A stretch of DNA of 64,000 nucleotides, from assembly GCA_034667725.1 (NCBI GenBank), contig JAXDQS010000001.1, forward strand, positions 64,001 to 128,000. The letters run 5' to 3'. Made by a program: the position numbers and the translations under genes. The DNA is from Thermoplasmata archaeon (lineage in GTDB: Archaea > Thermoplasmatota > E2 > JACPAO01 > JAHFTW01). The notes beneath the pieces were generated by a model. The model was not told the DNA's origin. It was given only the letters and a program-made list of their open reading frames with translations, and made no database searches. The stretch's first letter is position 1; the number at the start of each line of letters is the position of its first letter. Below, piece after piece: positions 38,801 to 47,915 of this stretch.

Positions 38801-41800
38801 CCCTCCTGCTGGAGCCGGTGGCCGGCGGCGCCACGGTCGCGGAAGGCGGCGCCACCGACACCTACCGCGTCCGGCTCGGCTCGCAGCCGGCGGCGGCGGT
38901 GACGGTGTCGTTCTCGCCCGACGCCCAGCTGGCCGGCCTCCCCGCGTCCGTCATCATCCCGCCGGCCTCCTGGAGCACCGGCGCGCTCGTGACGGTCGGC
39001 GCGGCCCAGGACCTGCGCGTCGAAGGCAACCACACCGGCATCGTCGGGCACGCCACGGCCAGCGGCGACCCGAACTACGCGGGCCTCGCCGCCAGCCTGA
39101 CGGTGGCGGTGCAGGACGACGACGCCGCCGGCCTGCTGGTGGCCGAGACCGGCGCCGACACGCGCGCCGTCGAGGGCGGCGCCAGCGACACCATCGAGCT
39201 GCGCCTCGCCAGCGAGCATGACGCCGCCGTCACCGTCACCATCGCGGGCGGGCCGCAAGTCGCGCTGGTCCCTGGTACGGTCACCTTTGCGGCCGGCGAC
39301 CTGGGGCCCAAGACCATCCAGGTGGCCGCGGTCGACGACCCCGACCGCGAAGGCCCGCACGGCGCAAGCCTCTCCTTCACGCTCACGGGCGACGCGCTCT
39401 ACGCCGGCCTAGCGGCGCCGGAGCTTGCGGTCGTCCTCCAGGACAACGACGTCCCCGGCGTCCAGGTCGCGCCCACCGCGCTCGCGCTCGCGGAGGCCGG
39501 CGCCACCGCCGGCAGCTACACCGTCGTCCTCGACACCCGCCCCAGCGGCACGGTCCAGGTCGACGTGCTGCCGGACGTCGCCGGCCAGGTCGTCGTCAGC
39601 CCCGGCGTGCTGGTCTTCACCGTCAGCGACTGGAACGTGCCGCGCACCGTCACGGTCACCGCCGTGGACGACCCCGACGCTGAAGGCCCGCACGGCCTCG
39701 CCATCGACCACGCGCCGCGCACCACCGACGCCGACTACCGCCTGTTCCCGATTCCCCAGGTCGGCGTCGCCCTTGCCGACAACGACGAGCCCGCCCTGCT
39801 GCTGGGCCCGGCCCCAAGCCTGGTCGAGGGCGGCGCGACGGGCAGCTTCACCGTCCGCCTCGCCACCCGGCCCGCCAGCGACACGCTCTTGGGCATCACG
39901 CTGGGCGGCGTCACCGCGGTGCCCGGCGACCTTGTGTTCACGCGAGCGAATTGGGACACGCCGCGCACCGTGACCCTCACCGCCATCGACGACCCGGACT
40001 TCGAAGGCCCGCACGCCGGCCTGGTCCGCTACACCGCCGTCGGCGACGCCCGCTACGCCGGCCTTGTTGCGGAGCTGGCCCCTGCCATCACGGACAACGA
40101 CGTGCCCGCGCTCGTCGGCACGCCCGTCCCGCTCGTCGTCGGCGAGGCCGGCGGCAACGACACCATCCAGTTCCGGCTCGGCAGCCGCCCGCGCGCCGCC
40201 GTCGACGTCGCGCTCACCGGCAGCCAAGTCGTGTCCGGCACCGCCGCCCTGCGCTTCTTGCCGACGAACTGGGACCAGCCGCAGGCGGTCGCGGTCGCGG
40301 CCGTCGACGACGGCGACGTCGAGGGCACGCCGCACGCCGGCCTGCTCACGGCCGCCTTGTCCAGCACGGATCCGGCCTACGGCTTCACGGCGACCTTCGC
40401 GGCCCAGGTCACGGACAACGACGCGCCGGGCCTTGAGTTCCTGGAGACCGACCGCGCCACCGAGGTCGCCGAGGACGGCGCCACCGACACCTACGGCGTC
40501 CGCCTCGCCGCGGCACCCACCGCCGAGGTCGTGGTCGTGGTCGCTGGCGATGCGCAGGCCACCGCCGCGCCCGCCACGCTGCGCTTCACCCCCAGCGACT
40601 GGCAGGTCGCGCAGGACGTCACGGTCAGCGCCGTGGACGACGCCGTCCAGGAGGCCCCCTCGCACCTCGCGTTCCTCACGCACACGGTCACCGCGGGCGA
40701 CGCCGGCTACCTCGCGCTGGCCGCCCGCGTCCTGCCCGCGACCGTGCGCGACGACGACGTGGCCGCCGTCCGCGTGGTGGAGCCCGGCGGCTCGACCAAC
40801 GTCCTGGAGGACGGCGCCACCGACAGCTACACCATCGCGCTGGCCAGCCAGCCCACCGCCGCGGTGACCGTCCGGGTCTTCGGCGACGCGCAAGCCGGCG
40901 CAAGCCCGGCGGTCCTCACCTTCACGGCCGCCGACTGGTCCGTCCCCCAGACGGTCACCGTCAGCGCACGCCACGACGACATCGTCGAAGGCGACCACGC
41001 CGGCCGCCTGTTCCACACGGTCGCAAGCGCCGACGGCTTCTACGACGGCCTGCCGGCCGCCGACGTGCTGGCGGGCATCACCGACGACGACGCGCCCGGC
41101 GTCTTCCTCGCCGAGACCGGTTCGGCCACCGCGGTCGCGGAGGACGGCGCCACCACCGACAGCTACACCGTGGTGCTCACCAAGGCGCCCGTCGCGGACG
41201 TCGTGGCCACCATGGCGCTCGACGCCGCGCAGGCCACCGTCGCGCCGGCCACGCTCCGCTTCACGGCGGCCAACTGGGACCAGCCGCAGGCCGTGACGGT
41301 CACCGCGGTGGACGACGACCGCGCCGACGGCGACGGGCCGTTCCCGCTCACGCACGCCCTCACGGGCGACGCCGCGTACGCCGGCCTGCCCGTGCGCGCC
41401 CTCGCCGTGGCCGTGGCGGACGACGACACCGTCGGCCTGGTGGTCGTCGAAGGCCCGCTCGGCACCATCGCCGACGAGGGCGGCGCGGGCGGCCGCTACC
41501 ACCTCCGCCTCACCTCGCGGCCGGCCGCCGACGTCGTGGTCACCATCACGGGCGACGCGCAGGCCACCGCCACGGCGACGGTGCGCATCCGCGCCGCCGA
41601 CTGGGACCTGCTGCACCCGGTGGACGTCGCGGCGGTGAACGACGCCCTCGACGAGGAGGACCTCCACCCGGCCCTACTCATGCAGCGCATCACGAGCGCC
41701 GACCCGGCCTACGGCCTCCCCGACCTGCCCGTCCCCGTCCTGGTGCGCGACGACGACGCCATGCCAACGATCGGGTTCGTCCGGGCCGCGACCGAGAGCC

Positions 41801-43029
41801 TGGAGGACCAAGGCGAGGCCCGCGTCGAGGTCCGCCTGTCCGCCGTCAGCGGCCGCAACGTCACCGTCCAAGTGGCCCGCGTCGGCGGCACCGCGCTGGC
41901 CGGCACCGACCACGGCTTCGCCGGCGCCACCCTCACCATCCCCGCCGGGCAGCGCAACGCGACCTTCGCGATCCCCATCACCGCGGACACCGAGCCGGAG
42001 CCCGACGAATCCATCCTGATCGCCCTGGAATCTCCCGTCCACGCGACCCTCGGCGCCGCGGCGGCCACGCACTGGATCGACACCGACGACCTGCCCGGCA
42101 TCACCGTCACCGGCCTGGCCTCGGTGCGCGAGGGCGGCAACGCCACCACCCTCATGGTCCGCCTCCCCGCCGCCCCCGCCGGCACGGTCACCATCCGCGT
42201 CCAGCTGGCCGAGCACTGGCAGCTCTCCGCCGGCCCGGTCCTGCTCACCTTCACGCCGGCGGACTGGAGCACGCCCCAACCCGTCACCCTGGTCGCGGTC
42301 GAGGACCTCAGCCCCGACGGCGACACCACCGTCGTGGTCGTGTTCGAGGTCGTGCCCGGCCTCACCAGCCCCGAGTACCGCCGCGCCGGCAGCACCGCCG
42401 TCCCCGTCGCCGTCCTCGACCGCCTCAACTCGCCCGGCCTCGGCGCCGGCCCGCCGGTGGCCAGCATCTTCTCCGGCGGCGGCAGCGACACCCCGACCGT
42501 GATCCGCAAGCCCGCGCCGCCGCCGGTGCGGCCGCCGCCGCGCGGCACCGTCGTGCTGGAGCGCGAGGCCGTCGCCGACCACGACATCACCGACCGCCTC
42601 GAGTTCCGCGCCGACGGCGGCCCGGTGCTGGAGTGGTCCGCCTACCAAGGCGCCGTCGGCTACCAGGTCTGGCGCGACACCGGCCGCGGCTGGGAGCTCT
42701 TGGCCACGACCTCGGGCAACCGCATCGACGCGGGCGACCTGGTGCGCCCCGGCGACCGCGTCAAGCTCACCTTCCACGTCGGGTTCGGCGCCGCGGACGG
42801 CCTCGTGGCGGACGGCGTCGCCGCGGCGGAATTGCGGGGCTGGGACGACGGCGAGGCGCTCACGGTCCCGGACTACATGCCGGGCGAGCGCGGCCACGAC
42901 GCCGCCCGCCACTTGGGCGAGGACGCCTTCCAGTGGGGCCTGCTGCTGCTCCTGCTCCTGGCCATCCTGGTGGTGGCGGGGCTGGAGTGGCGCCGCCGCA
43001 GCCGCAAGGGCTCCAGGAAAGCGGCGTAA
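32857..43029 (+). CDS. Giant (~3,390 aa) Calx-beta/cadherin-like repeat surface protein
   Basis: Signal-like N-terminus; more than 20 modules of ~110-120 aa with LTFTPADW..PQ.V.V.AVDD..E and TDDD motifs; C-terminal TM plus basic tail; start uncertain. Confidence 0.9.
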   Translation: MKPRRVPTSPAEATAAGRSPRRKPGPALVAGILVVALLAGLPLAAPPAEAHVARVGQTTAGGTTDATSFLMAHATPAGSHRVLVAVIHHLDQTGPAIGAQASARYGTLDLTCPPEARSEGAFVDGRRLLVATQVCYLVNPPVGTANLLAMWDQPVASYVVTAASFENAEPGPPGMPSVGAMGQANAVSADPELPLVTDQDDSLIVGGANAKSVEPVKFVALAGTTTIPGSAASASPTPGALDDLRVVSGQRQTAAAGSYLLGWDLQLDPSGAPSTPRDIAIAAIELHTHPDALWDGTSATQGTEAVAAPRVSVALEHRFGAPLKVGFAATGGTAIQGADYSFTGGPCTAAAPCELSVPAGSLSADIPLAIVDDRLFEADETIEITLSSVAGSHVVAPTTWTYTILDDDVDVAFRVAAGNGTETLRFPTVAVDLSRSWTVPILVTYSVKDGRASKPSDYLLANGVLTFPAGNRTQTIPLEIVNDLRDEDPENFTIKLEGATPANANVASPSVFDYTILDDDPEPALTITAVSPVGENAGPAIATVTLSQDSGKNVTVRYTATDGTATGGGVDYTLASGTLRFVPGEISKAIAVALTNDAIDEDDENLTVSLSSPANATLAGSAATIVIDSEDQAGIVLSRTSLAVAEPEPGVPAAPDGYTVRLATQPTEPVRITLTTLGNDATPTVVTLDFTPANWNVPQTVQVVAVDDFIDEADPHNDTLRHAATGDPRYAILAPVDLPVVVDDNDNASVRLSRSALEVSEDGLDDAFTVVLTSQPEGPVTVTVRVFDGQVTADNGSGPGGTVVLGFTPADWMLAQTVLVRAVDDARNETDVHLSSLNFTAASSDPLYHAWPIADLPVQVHDDDEVGVDYSATLLALAEDGTPTATYSVALRSEPAAPVTIWIDVEGGQAEANRTSLVFTPTDWNVPQVVAVQALDDAVDEDDPHADRVLHVATSLDPDYDIPAARAVDLRIADNDQAGILLDPITLAMAEDAAPATHTVRLATQPTAPVTVTVTAEPGLTAAAVLTFTPADWDQPQPVDVQPVDDDRATGDRTLVVTHAATSDDPFYAGRLALLPVDVAEDDAVGVVVLAPALGVTEGGAATSYGVRLASEPAASVTVTVVPDDDPATYLRAERAGSPTLTFTPADWAVPQFVTVWAPDDDVANGAPTTHADLLRHLVASSDLAYDGLPAADVNVTIEDLDQPGVVLAPAGLVAGEDGTTATLQVRLLSEPKAAVTVRLSALGRALLGDDAVTFTPATWRDAIEVQLTVADDAIDQAPRGPSDEADVISATVESTDLAYAGFLPDDLAITLRDDDTSGLVVSRVVIPLAEGGAADTFSIRLATEPTSDVAVSLDVPGDATASPLTLAFTPADWSDPRTVTVAAVDDAVDEDAEAVPLTATAAAADPLYDGLAAGVTLNIADDDTAGLRVAPASVAVTEGEAGVLVRYTLGSEPESTVTVTLAPGARVGVAPAVLTFDASNWQTGLEALVTAPDDDRIRSSPFDSLVTATVAAADPRYAALAPLELPVTVTEDDTAALLLTQTGGRTTATENSTAYDMYTLALQTIPDADVAVDILADAEVEVSLDGTAWASSLALTFDSMAPQTVYVRAVDDADAEGSHTGALLHTLSTTDPNYALAPRGLAVVITDDDAPGIDIQEIDGATEVAEAGTTTDAYTVALTTRPTDDVTIAITPALAGQLDIWPPFLTFTPADWRTPQTVAVTALQDLVDEAEAPLALHHGASSNDAGYDGLAGNDVDVTILDDDEAGIEMAAALSVVEGGTVLHRVRLASEPTASVSVTFTSGPEAAVPPTALVFTAGDWSIWQEVAVAGRPDDIDDGDATATLTATASSADAAYEGLQATTTVTVLDDDEAGVQVSPSGTALVAEGGAGTTLSIVLGTRPSSAVRITIATNGQATATASITFGVGTWNVPQTITINAAADNVAEGLHADALRFTVASNDGLYDGFTLADVPIAITDDDVAALLLEPVAGGATVAEGGATDTYRVRLGSQPAAAVTVSFSPDAQLAGLPASVIIPPASWSTGALVTVGAAQDLRVEGNHTGIVGHATASGDPNYAGLAASLTVAVQDDDAAGLLVAETGADTRAVEGGASDTIELRLASEHDAAVTVTIAGGPQVALVPGTVTFAAGDLGPKTIQVAAVDDPDREGPHGASLSFTLTGDALYAGLAAPELAVVLQDNDVPGVQVAPTALALAEAGATAGSYTVVLDTRPSGTVQVDVLPDVAGQVVVSPGVLVFTVSDWNVPRTVTVTAVDDPDAEGPHGLAIDHAPRTTDADYRLFPIPQVGVALADNDEPALLLGPAPSLVEGGATGSFTVRLATRPASDTLLGITLGGVTAVPGDLVFTRANWDTPRTVTLTAIDDPDFEGPHAGLVRYTAVGDARYAGLVAELAPAITDNDVPALVGTPVPLVVGEAGGNDTIQFRLGSRPRAAVDVALTGSQVVSGTAALRFLPTNWDQPQAVAVAAVDDGDVEGTPHAGLLTAALSSTDPAYGFTATFAAQVTDNDAPGLEFLETDRATEVAEDGATDTYGVRLAAAPTAEVVVVVAGDAQATAAPATLRFTPSDWQVAQDVTVSAVDDAVQEAPSHLAFLTHTVTAGDAGYLALAARVLPATVRDDDVAAVRVVEPGGSTNVLEDGATDSYTIALASQPTAAVTVRVFGDAQAGASPAVLTFTAADWSVPQTVTVSARHDDIVEGDHAGRLFHTVASADGFYDGLPAADVLAGITDDDAPGVFLAETGSATAVAEDGATTDSYTVVLTKAPVADVVATMALDAAQATVAPATLRFTAANWDQPQAVTVTAVDDDRADGDGPFPLTHALTGDAAYAGLPVRALAVAVADDDTVGLVVVEGPLGTIADEGGAGGRYHLRLTSRPAADVVVTITGDAQATATATVRIRAADWDLLHPVDVAAVNDALDEEDLHPALLMQRITSADPAYGLPDLPVPVLVRDDDAMPTIGFVRAATESLEDQGEARVEVRLSAVSGRNVTVQVARVGGTALAGTDHGFAGATLTIPAGQRNATFAIPITADTEPEPDESILIALESPVHATLGAAAATHWIDTDDLPGITVTGLASVREGGNATTLMVRLPAAPAGTVTIRVQLAEHWQLSAGPVLLTFTPADWSTPQPVTLVAVEDLSPDGDTTVVVVFEVVPGLTSPEYRRAGSTAVPVAVLDRLNSPGLGAGPPVASIFSGGGSDTPTVIRKPAPPPVRPPPRGTVVLEREAVADHDITDRLEFRADGGPVLEWSAYQGAVGYQVWRDTGRGWELLATTSGNRIDAGDLVRPGDRVKLTFHVGFGAADGLVADGVAAAELRGWDDGEALTVPDYMPGERGHDAARHLGEDAFQWGLLLLLLLAILVVAGLEWRRRSRKGSRKAA

Positions 43030-43061
43030 ACCCGAAGAACCCGGCGGCTCGTGCCGGCGCC

Positions 43062-43658
43062 ATGGACCGCTCCTTCGTCACCGTGCGGTTCATGGGGGCC
43101 GGCATGGCGTTCGCCGAGCACACCCGCCGCCATCCAGGCTCGTGCGTGGACGGCATCGTCGAGTCGTACGCCGACGGGCCGGACGGGCTGCGCATCGCCT
43201 CCCTCGTGCATGTCCGCGGCATGCCGCCGGCCGGCTTCGAGGCGCTGCGCGCCGACCTCGCCGCCCGCTACGGCGACGCCAAGGTCGTGACGGCGGACCC
43301 CCAGCACTGCAGCTGGCTGGTCCGCTGCACCATCCACGGCAACGACTTGCCGCCGCTGGCGCGCTTCCTCGCCAAGTTCCAGCAGTCGTTCTGCGTCCCG
43401 TGGACCCACGTCGAGGGCGGCCGGGTGCTGATGCGCGCCGAGGCGCGCGGCGAGGACGGCGGCCAAGAGGAGGCCGGCCGCATCCGGGCGTTCTTCGAGG
43501 ACCAAGGCATCGAGGGCTCGGTCGAGTGCGGCCAGGTCGGCGGCGAGGAGATGGGGAGCTGGCTGCTGCTGCGCGCCTTGGTCGAGGCGTCCGGGCGCGG
43601 CGACCAGGACGCCCAGCCCGCCTGGCAACGGCTTGGACGGGTGCGCGAGCTCCCCTGA
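43062..43658 (+). CDS. Hypothetical protein, resembles the N-terminal domain of HTH_10/Bat-type regulators without the HTH
   Basis: GC3-rich ORF; family resemblance is weak. Confidence 0.55.
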   Translation: MDRSFVTVRFMGAGMAFAEHTRRHPGSCVDGIVESYADGPDGLRIASLVHVRGMPPAGFEALRADLAARYGDAKVVTADPQHCSWLVRCTIHGNDLPPLARFLAKFQQSFCVPWTHVEGGRVLMRAEARGEDGGQEEAGRIRAFFEDQGIEGSVECGQVGGEEMGSWLLLRALVEASGRGDQDAQPAWQRLGRVRELP

Positions 43659-43707
43659 ACCGACCCCAAGCGCCAAATCCGGGGTCCTCGTCGGCACCGT
43701 CGTGTAC

Positions 43708-43854
43708 ATGGACGTGGACTGCCCGAAGTGCAACGTCGTGACCACCCACGACGTGCCGGCGCGCCAAGCGGGCAGGACCGACTACCCGGTCTCGTGCCCC
43801 GCCTGCGACGCCCGCTTCGAGCTCTGGCTAGACCCGCAGTGGTTCATGCAGTAG
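43708..43854 (+). CDS. Small CPxC zinc-finger protein
   Basis: MDVDCPKC...CPACDARF. Confidence 0.65.
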   Translation: MDVDCPKCNVVTTHDVPARQAGRTDYPVSCPACDARFELWLDPQWFMQ

Positions 43855-43901
43855 CCCGCTTCGGCCAGAACGGCCAAGCCGGGTTTCCGGGTTGGGGGCC
43901 C

Positions 43902-44690
43902 ATGCGCGTCGCCTCCGCCGCCCTCCTCCTGGCCGCCTGCGCCCTCCTGCCCGCCACCGACGGCACGGTCTGCACCAGCCCCGCCGACTGCAGGTTCTGG
44001 GACGGCGACTACCACCAGGAAATCATGTACGAGGTCGACACCGCCCAAGTGGACGTCCTGGTGGCGGGAGTCCAGGACCTGGCCACCATCCGGCTTGCCC
44101 TCGACTCGTGGGAGGCCGGCATCCGGTCCTTCGCGAGCCCCCTCCTCAACGCCGGCTTCGACCTGCGCCCCCGCCTGGCCACCGACCCGCCGGCGGCGTC
44201 CGACCCGGAGATCCTGGTGCTGGAAGGCGCCGTCAACCCCGTGCTGCTGTTCGGCATCGGGCTCCAGACGCCGCTCGGGCCCTGCCTTGCCCAAGATGGC
44301 GCCCACTCCCACGACGGCTCCTCCTGGATGGCGGTCCAAGCCACCTGCGACTTTGGCGGCAAGGTGTGCCTCGTCGTGTCCACCAACTTCCTGCTCGGGG
44401 GCGCCATCGTCACCCACGACCTGTTCAGCCATGAGCTGGGCCACTGCCTCGGCCTTGGCGAGGTCGGCGGCGAGTCCGGCTTCCACGCCCGCACGGTCCC
44501 GCTCAACGACATCATGGCGGGCCCCCGCTCCAGCCCGGCCCACGTGGCCTGCGTCAGCAACCTCAACGTCCTCGGCCTGGAGGCCATCTACGCCAAGGAG
44601 GTCGGCAACCCCGGCGCGTGGCTGCCCGCCGGGAGCTTCGTCAGCATGCCGCCGTCGGCCTACCGGCAATACGCCTGCCCGAACCCGTAG
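43902..44690 (+). CDS. Secreted zinc metalloprotease-like protein
   Basis: Signal peptide; HELGHCLGLGE plus DIM Met-turn. Confidence 0.72.
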   Translation: MRVASAALLLAACALLPATDGTVCTSPADCRFWDGDYHQEIMYEVDTAQVDVLVAGVQDLATIRLALDSWEAGIRSFASPLLNAGFDLRPRLATDPPAASDPEILVLEGAVNPVLLFGIGLQTPLGPCLAQDGAHSHDGSSWMAVQATCDFGGKVCLVVSTNFLLGGAIVTHDLFSHELGHCLGLGEVGGESGFHARTVPLNDIMAGPRSSPAHVACVSNLNVLGLEAIYAKEVGNPGAWLPAGSFVSMPPSAYRQYACPNP

Positions 44691-44691
44691 C

Positions 44692-45699
44692 CTACCAGCC
44701 GCGCTCGGCCAGCCGGACCTGGAGCTCGCCGACGCTGCGGCCCACCATGGGCTCGCCGAGCTGCTTCGAGATTTCCCCGACGCGGGCCGCGTCCTCGAAG
44801 TGGGTGGTCGCCTCGACGATGGCGCGGGCGCGCCGGGCCGGGTCGCCAGACTTGAAGATGCCCGAGCCGACGAACACGCCGTCCGAGCCCATCTGCATCA
44901 TGAGCGCCGCGTCGGCGGGGGTCGCGATGCCGCCCGCCGTGAAGTCCACGACCGGGAGGCGGCCGTCGCGCCGGATGTCCTCCAAGACGCCGCGGACGCT
45001 GGTGGCCAGGCTGACGAACTCGCGGCCGGCGAACGCCGCGTCCAGGTCGGCCTCCGCGATGTCCATGTCGGCCAGCACGTGCTGGTTGAGCTGCTCGTAG
45101 CGCGCCACGAACGCCCCGGCCAAGGAGTCGAGGTCGTCGTCCTCCATCTCCTGCACCACCTGGATGCCGCGCGCCATCATGCGGCGGTGGCGGACGGCCT
45201 CCTGGACATCGCCGGTGCCCGCCTCGCCCTTGGTGCGGATCATGGCGGCCCCCTCCGCGACGCGTCGCACCGCCTCGCCGAGCTTGGTGGCGCCGCACAC
45301 GAACGGCACCGTGAACTGGGACTTGTCGACGTGGAAGTACGGGTCGGCCGGGGTCAGCACCTCGGACTCGTCGATCATGTCGACGCCGAGCGCCTCCAGG
45401 ACGCGCGCCTCGGCGGAGTGCCCGATGCGGCACTTGGCCATGACGGGGATGGAGACCTCGTCGATGATGGCCACGATCATCGAGGGGTCGCTCATGCGCG
45501 ACACGCCGCCCTCGGCGCGGATGTCCGCGGGCACGCGCTCGAGCGCCATGACGGCCACGGCGCCCGCCTCCTCCGCGATGCGCGCCTGCGCGGGCGTGGT
45601 GACGTCCATGACGACCCCGCCCTTCTGCATCTTGGCGAAGCCGCGCTTGACGAGCTCCGTGCCCCAGCGCAGCGACCCAAGGTCGACCTCGCGGCTCAT
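44692..45699 (-). CDS. pdxS: PLP synthase lyase subunit
   Basis: [52 protein letters not shown]. Confidence 0.97.
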   Translation of the reverse strand: MSREVDLGSLRWGTELVKRGFAKMQKGGVVMDVTTPAQARIAEEAGAVAVMALERVPADIRAEGGVSRMSDPSMIVAIIDEVSIPVMAKCRIGHSAEARVLEALGVDMIDESEVLTPADPYFHVDKSQFTVPFVCGATKLGEAVRRVAEGAAMIRTKGEAGTGDVQEAVRHRRMMARGIQVVQEMEDDDLDSLAGAFVARYEQLNQHVLADMDIAEADLDAAFAGREFVSLATSVRGVLEDIRRDGRLPVVDFTAGGIATPADAALMMQMGSDGVFVGSGIFKSGDPARRARAIVEATTHFEDAARVGEISKQLGEPMVGRSVGELQVRLAERGW

Positions 45700-45824
45700 T
45701 GGGCGGGCCAGGGGCTCCGCGACTTGAACGTATGGCCGCGGCCCCGACAGGAGGACTCCGAGAACAGGGGAAGAAGGGAGAGAAAGATGGAGGAGGTGAG
45801 AATGCGTCCGAAGACTGCGAAGCC

Positions 45825-45929
45825 TTACTTCTTCGCGGTCTTCTTGGACGTCTTCTTCGCCGCCTTCTTCGTGGTCTTCTTCGTCGTAGACTTCTTGGCG
45901 GTCTTCTTCGCAGCCTTCTTGGTCACCAT
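45825..45929 (-). CDS. 34-aa Lys-rich histone-H1-tail-like peptide
   Basis: [34 protein letters not shown]; SD GGGGGTGA upstream; pyrimidine tract downstream; below the ORF-track cutoff. Confidence 0.8.
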   Translation of the reverse strand: MVTKKAAKKTAKKSTTKKTTKKAAKKTSKKTAKK

Positions 45930-46245
45930 GAGTGCAGTCACCCCCTGTCCACTAACTCGTGGTGCTTCGAATAAGCCTTCCTAAACGCATCTTGCAACAG
46001 CCGCGCGACGGGCGCCGCGTTCGTTTGTGCGCGTGACAGGGATCAAAATCGGGCGGCTCCGACTGCCATCCTCAAGTCCTGCGCGGCCTTGCAAGGCGTG
46101 CCCGCGATGACGATGTTATCCCAGGGAGAGGGCTTGATATCCCCAGAGTGATCGGAAGCTCAACGCGGAGCGGGCAACGGGAGGGCAAGGGCGCGCGCAT
46201 GGCCGCCGCAATCGCGGTTTTCAACCCGGCCTTGCTGGCGCGCGC

Positions 46246-47907
46246 ATGGGCAAGCTGGTGCTGGACCCGGTCGTGCGGGGCGAGGACGGCAAGGCTGCGA
46301 AGGCCATCGCGGAGCGCATCAACCGCTTCCAGAACAAGAACACCTGGTGGCGCCACGGCCAGAACGGCACGATGGCGGAGTTCGACGCCGCGTTCGAGGC
46401 CGCGATGGCGCGCGTGCGGGGCCAGCTCGGCCGCACCTACCCGCTCGTGATCGACGGGCGCGAGGTCGCCACCGCGACGACGTTCGAGACCACGAGCCCC
46501 GCCGACGGCAGCCTGGTCGTCGGCCGTTGGGCGGCGGGCACGAAGGCGCACGCGCAGGAGGCGATCCGCGCCGCGAAGAAGGGCTGGCGGGCCTGGGCCG
46601 AGCTGCCGTGGCAGGAGCGCGCCGCCATCCTGGAGAAGGCCGCCGACCTGTTCACCACGCACTTCTACGACCTGTGCGCCGTCATGTGCATCGAGGCCGG
46701 CAAGACCCGCTTCGAGGCCTCCATCGACGTCGACGAGGCCGTGGACTTCCTGCGCTACTACGCGCTCACGATGCGGGAGATGGACGGCTTCGACGTCGCG
46801 ATGGGCAAGCCGTTCCCGAACGAGGAGTGCCGCAGCGCCCGCAAGCCCTGGGGCGTGTTCGCGGTCGTCTGCCCGTTCAACTTCCCGGTCGCGATCACCG
46901 CCGGCATGGCGTCGGCGGCGCTGGTCACGGGCAACACCATCGTCCTCAAGCCGAGCGGCAAGGGCTGCCTGTCGGGCTGGTGGGTGTTCGACCTGCTGCG
47001 CCGCGCCGGCGTCCCCACCGGGGCCATGCACTTCCTGACCGCGGGCGACCACGGCGTCAGCTCCGAGCTCTTGGAGTCCCCCGAGGTCGATGGCCTCGTG
47101 TTCACGGGCTCGAAGCGGGTAGGCATGGGCGCCTGGCAGAAGGCGGCCGCGCACGGCAGGCCTAAGCCCCTCATCGCCGAGATGGGCGGCAAGAACGCCA
47201 TCGTGGTCTCCGCCAAGGCCGACCTCGACAAGGCCGTACAGGGCGTGTTCCGCAGCGCCTTCGGGTTCTCGGGCCAAAAGTGCTCGGCGTGCAGCCGGGT
47301 CTACGTGGACCGCAAGGTCGCGCCCGAGTTCCTGGAGCGCCTCGCCAAGCTCACCCAGGCCGCCCGCGTCGGGTTGCCGTGGGACAAGGAGACCTTCATG
47401 GGCCCCGTCATCGAGCCCGCCAAGCTGAAGCTGGTGGCGGAGCTGGCGGCGGAGACGCAGCGCCACGGCGGCAAGGTCGTGGCCGGCGGCAAGCCCGTCG
47501 CGAAGGACGCTGACGGCAAGCCGCTGGCGGGCAACTACATGGCGCCCACCATCGTCGCCGGCCTCAGCCCCGACCACCGCGTGTTCTCCGAGGAGTTCTT
47601 CATGCCGTTCGTCGCGGTCGCCGAAGTGGACTCGTTCGAGGAGGGCATCCGCCACGCCAACAACGTCGAGTACGGGCTCACGGCCGGCTGCTTCACCGAG
47701 GACAAGGCCGAGGCGGAGCTGTTCTTCCGCCGCATCGAGGCGGGCGTCACCTACCTCAACCGCGCCGCGGGCGGCTCGACGGCCGCCGTCGTCAACGGCC
47801 AGGCCTTCGGCGGCTGGAAGAACTCGGGCACCACCGGCACCGGCGCCGGCGGCCGCTACTACCTCCTGCAGTTCACCCGCGAGCAGGCCCAGACGCGGGT
47901 CCAGTAG
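46246..47907 (+). CDS. Aldehyde dehydrogenase, 1-pyrroline-5-carboxylate dehydrogenase (RocA-like)
   Basis: EAVDFLRYY, PFNFP, FTGS, AEMGGKN, SAFGFSGQKCSACSR, YGLT. Confidence 0.9.
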   Translation: MGKLVLDPVVRGEDGKAAKAIAERINRFQNKNTWWRHGQNGTMAEFDAAFEAAMARVRGQLGRTYPLVIDGREVATATTFETTSPADGSLVVGRWAAGTKAHAQEAIRAAKKGWRAWAELPWQERAAILEKAADLFTTHFYDLCAVMCIEAGKTRFEASIDVDEAVDFLRYYALTMREMDGFDVAMGKPFPNEECRSARKPWGVFAVVCPFNFPVAITAGMASAALVTGNTIVLKPSGKGCLSGWWVFDLLRRAGVPTGAMHFLTAGDHGVSSELLESPEVDGLVFTGSKRVGMGAWQKAAAHGRPKPLIAEMGGKNAIVVSAKADLDKAVQGVFRSAFGFSGQKCSACSRVYVDRKVAPEFLERLAKLTQAARVGLPWDKETFMGPVIEPAKLKLVAELAAETQRHGGKVVAGGKPVAKDADGKPLAGNYMAPTIVAGLSPDHRVFSEEFFMPFVAVAEVDSFEEGIRHANNVEYGLTAGCFTEDKAEAELFFRRIEAGVTYLNRAAGGSTAAVVNGQAFGGWKNSGTTGTGAGGRYYLLQFTREQAQTRVQ

Positions 47908-47915
47908 GCGCCTGG

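Noticed and set aside
32836-39360. 2174-aa antisense ORF and other long overlapping ORFs (e.g. 24708-27599 minus; the 58056-60968 part of the plus ORF)
   Set aside because: Shadow frames of high-GC3 genes with no motifs
31051-44690. tRNA-integrated genomic island or provirus
   Set aside because: No integrase, no direct repeat of the tRNA end noticed, and host-like composition
44980-45150. ~35-aa insertion in PdxS
   Set aside because: Longer ~335-aa PdxS forms are known in other archaea, so this is probably not novel
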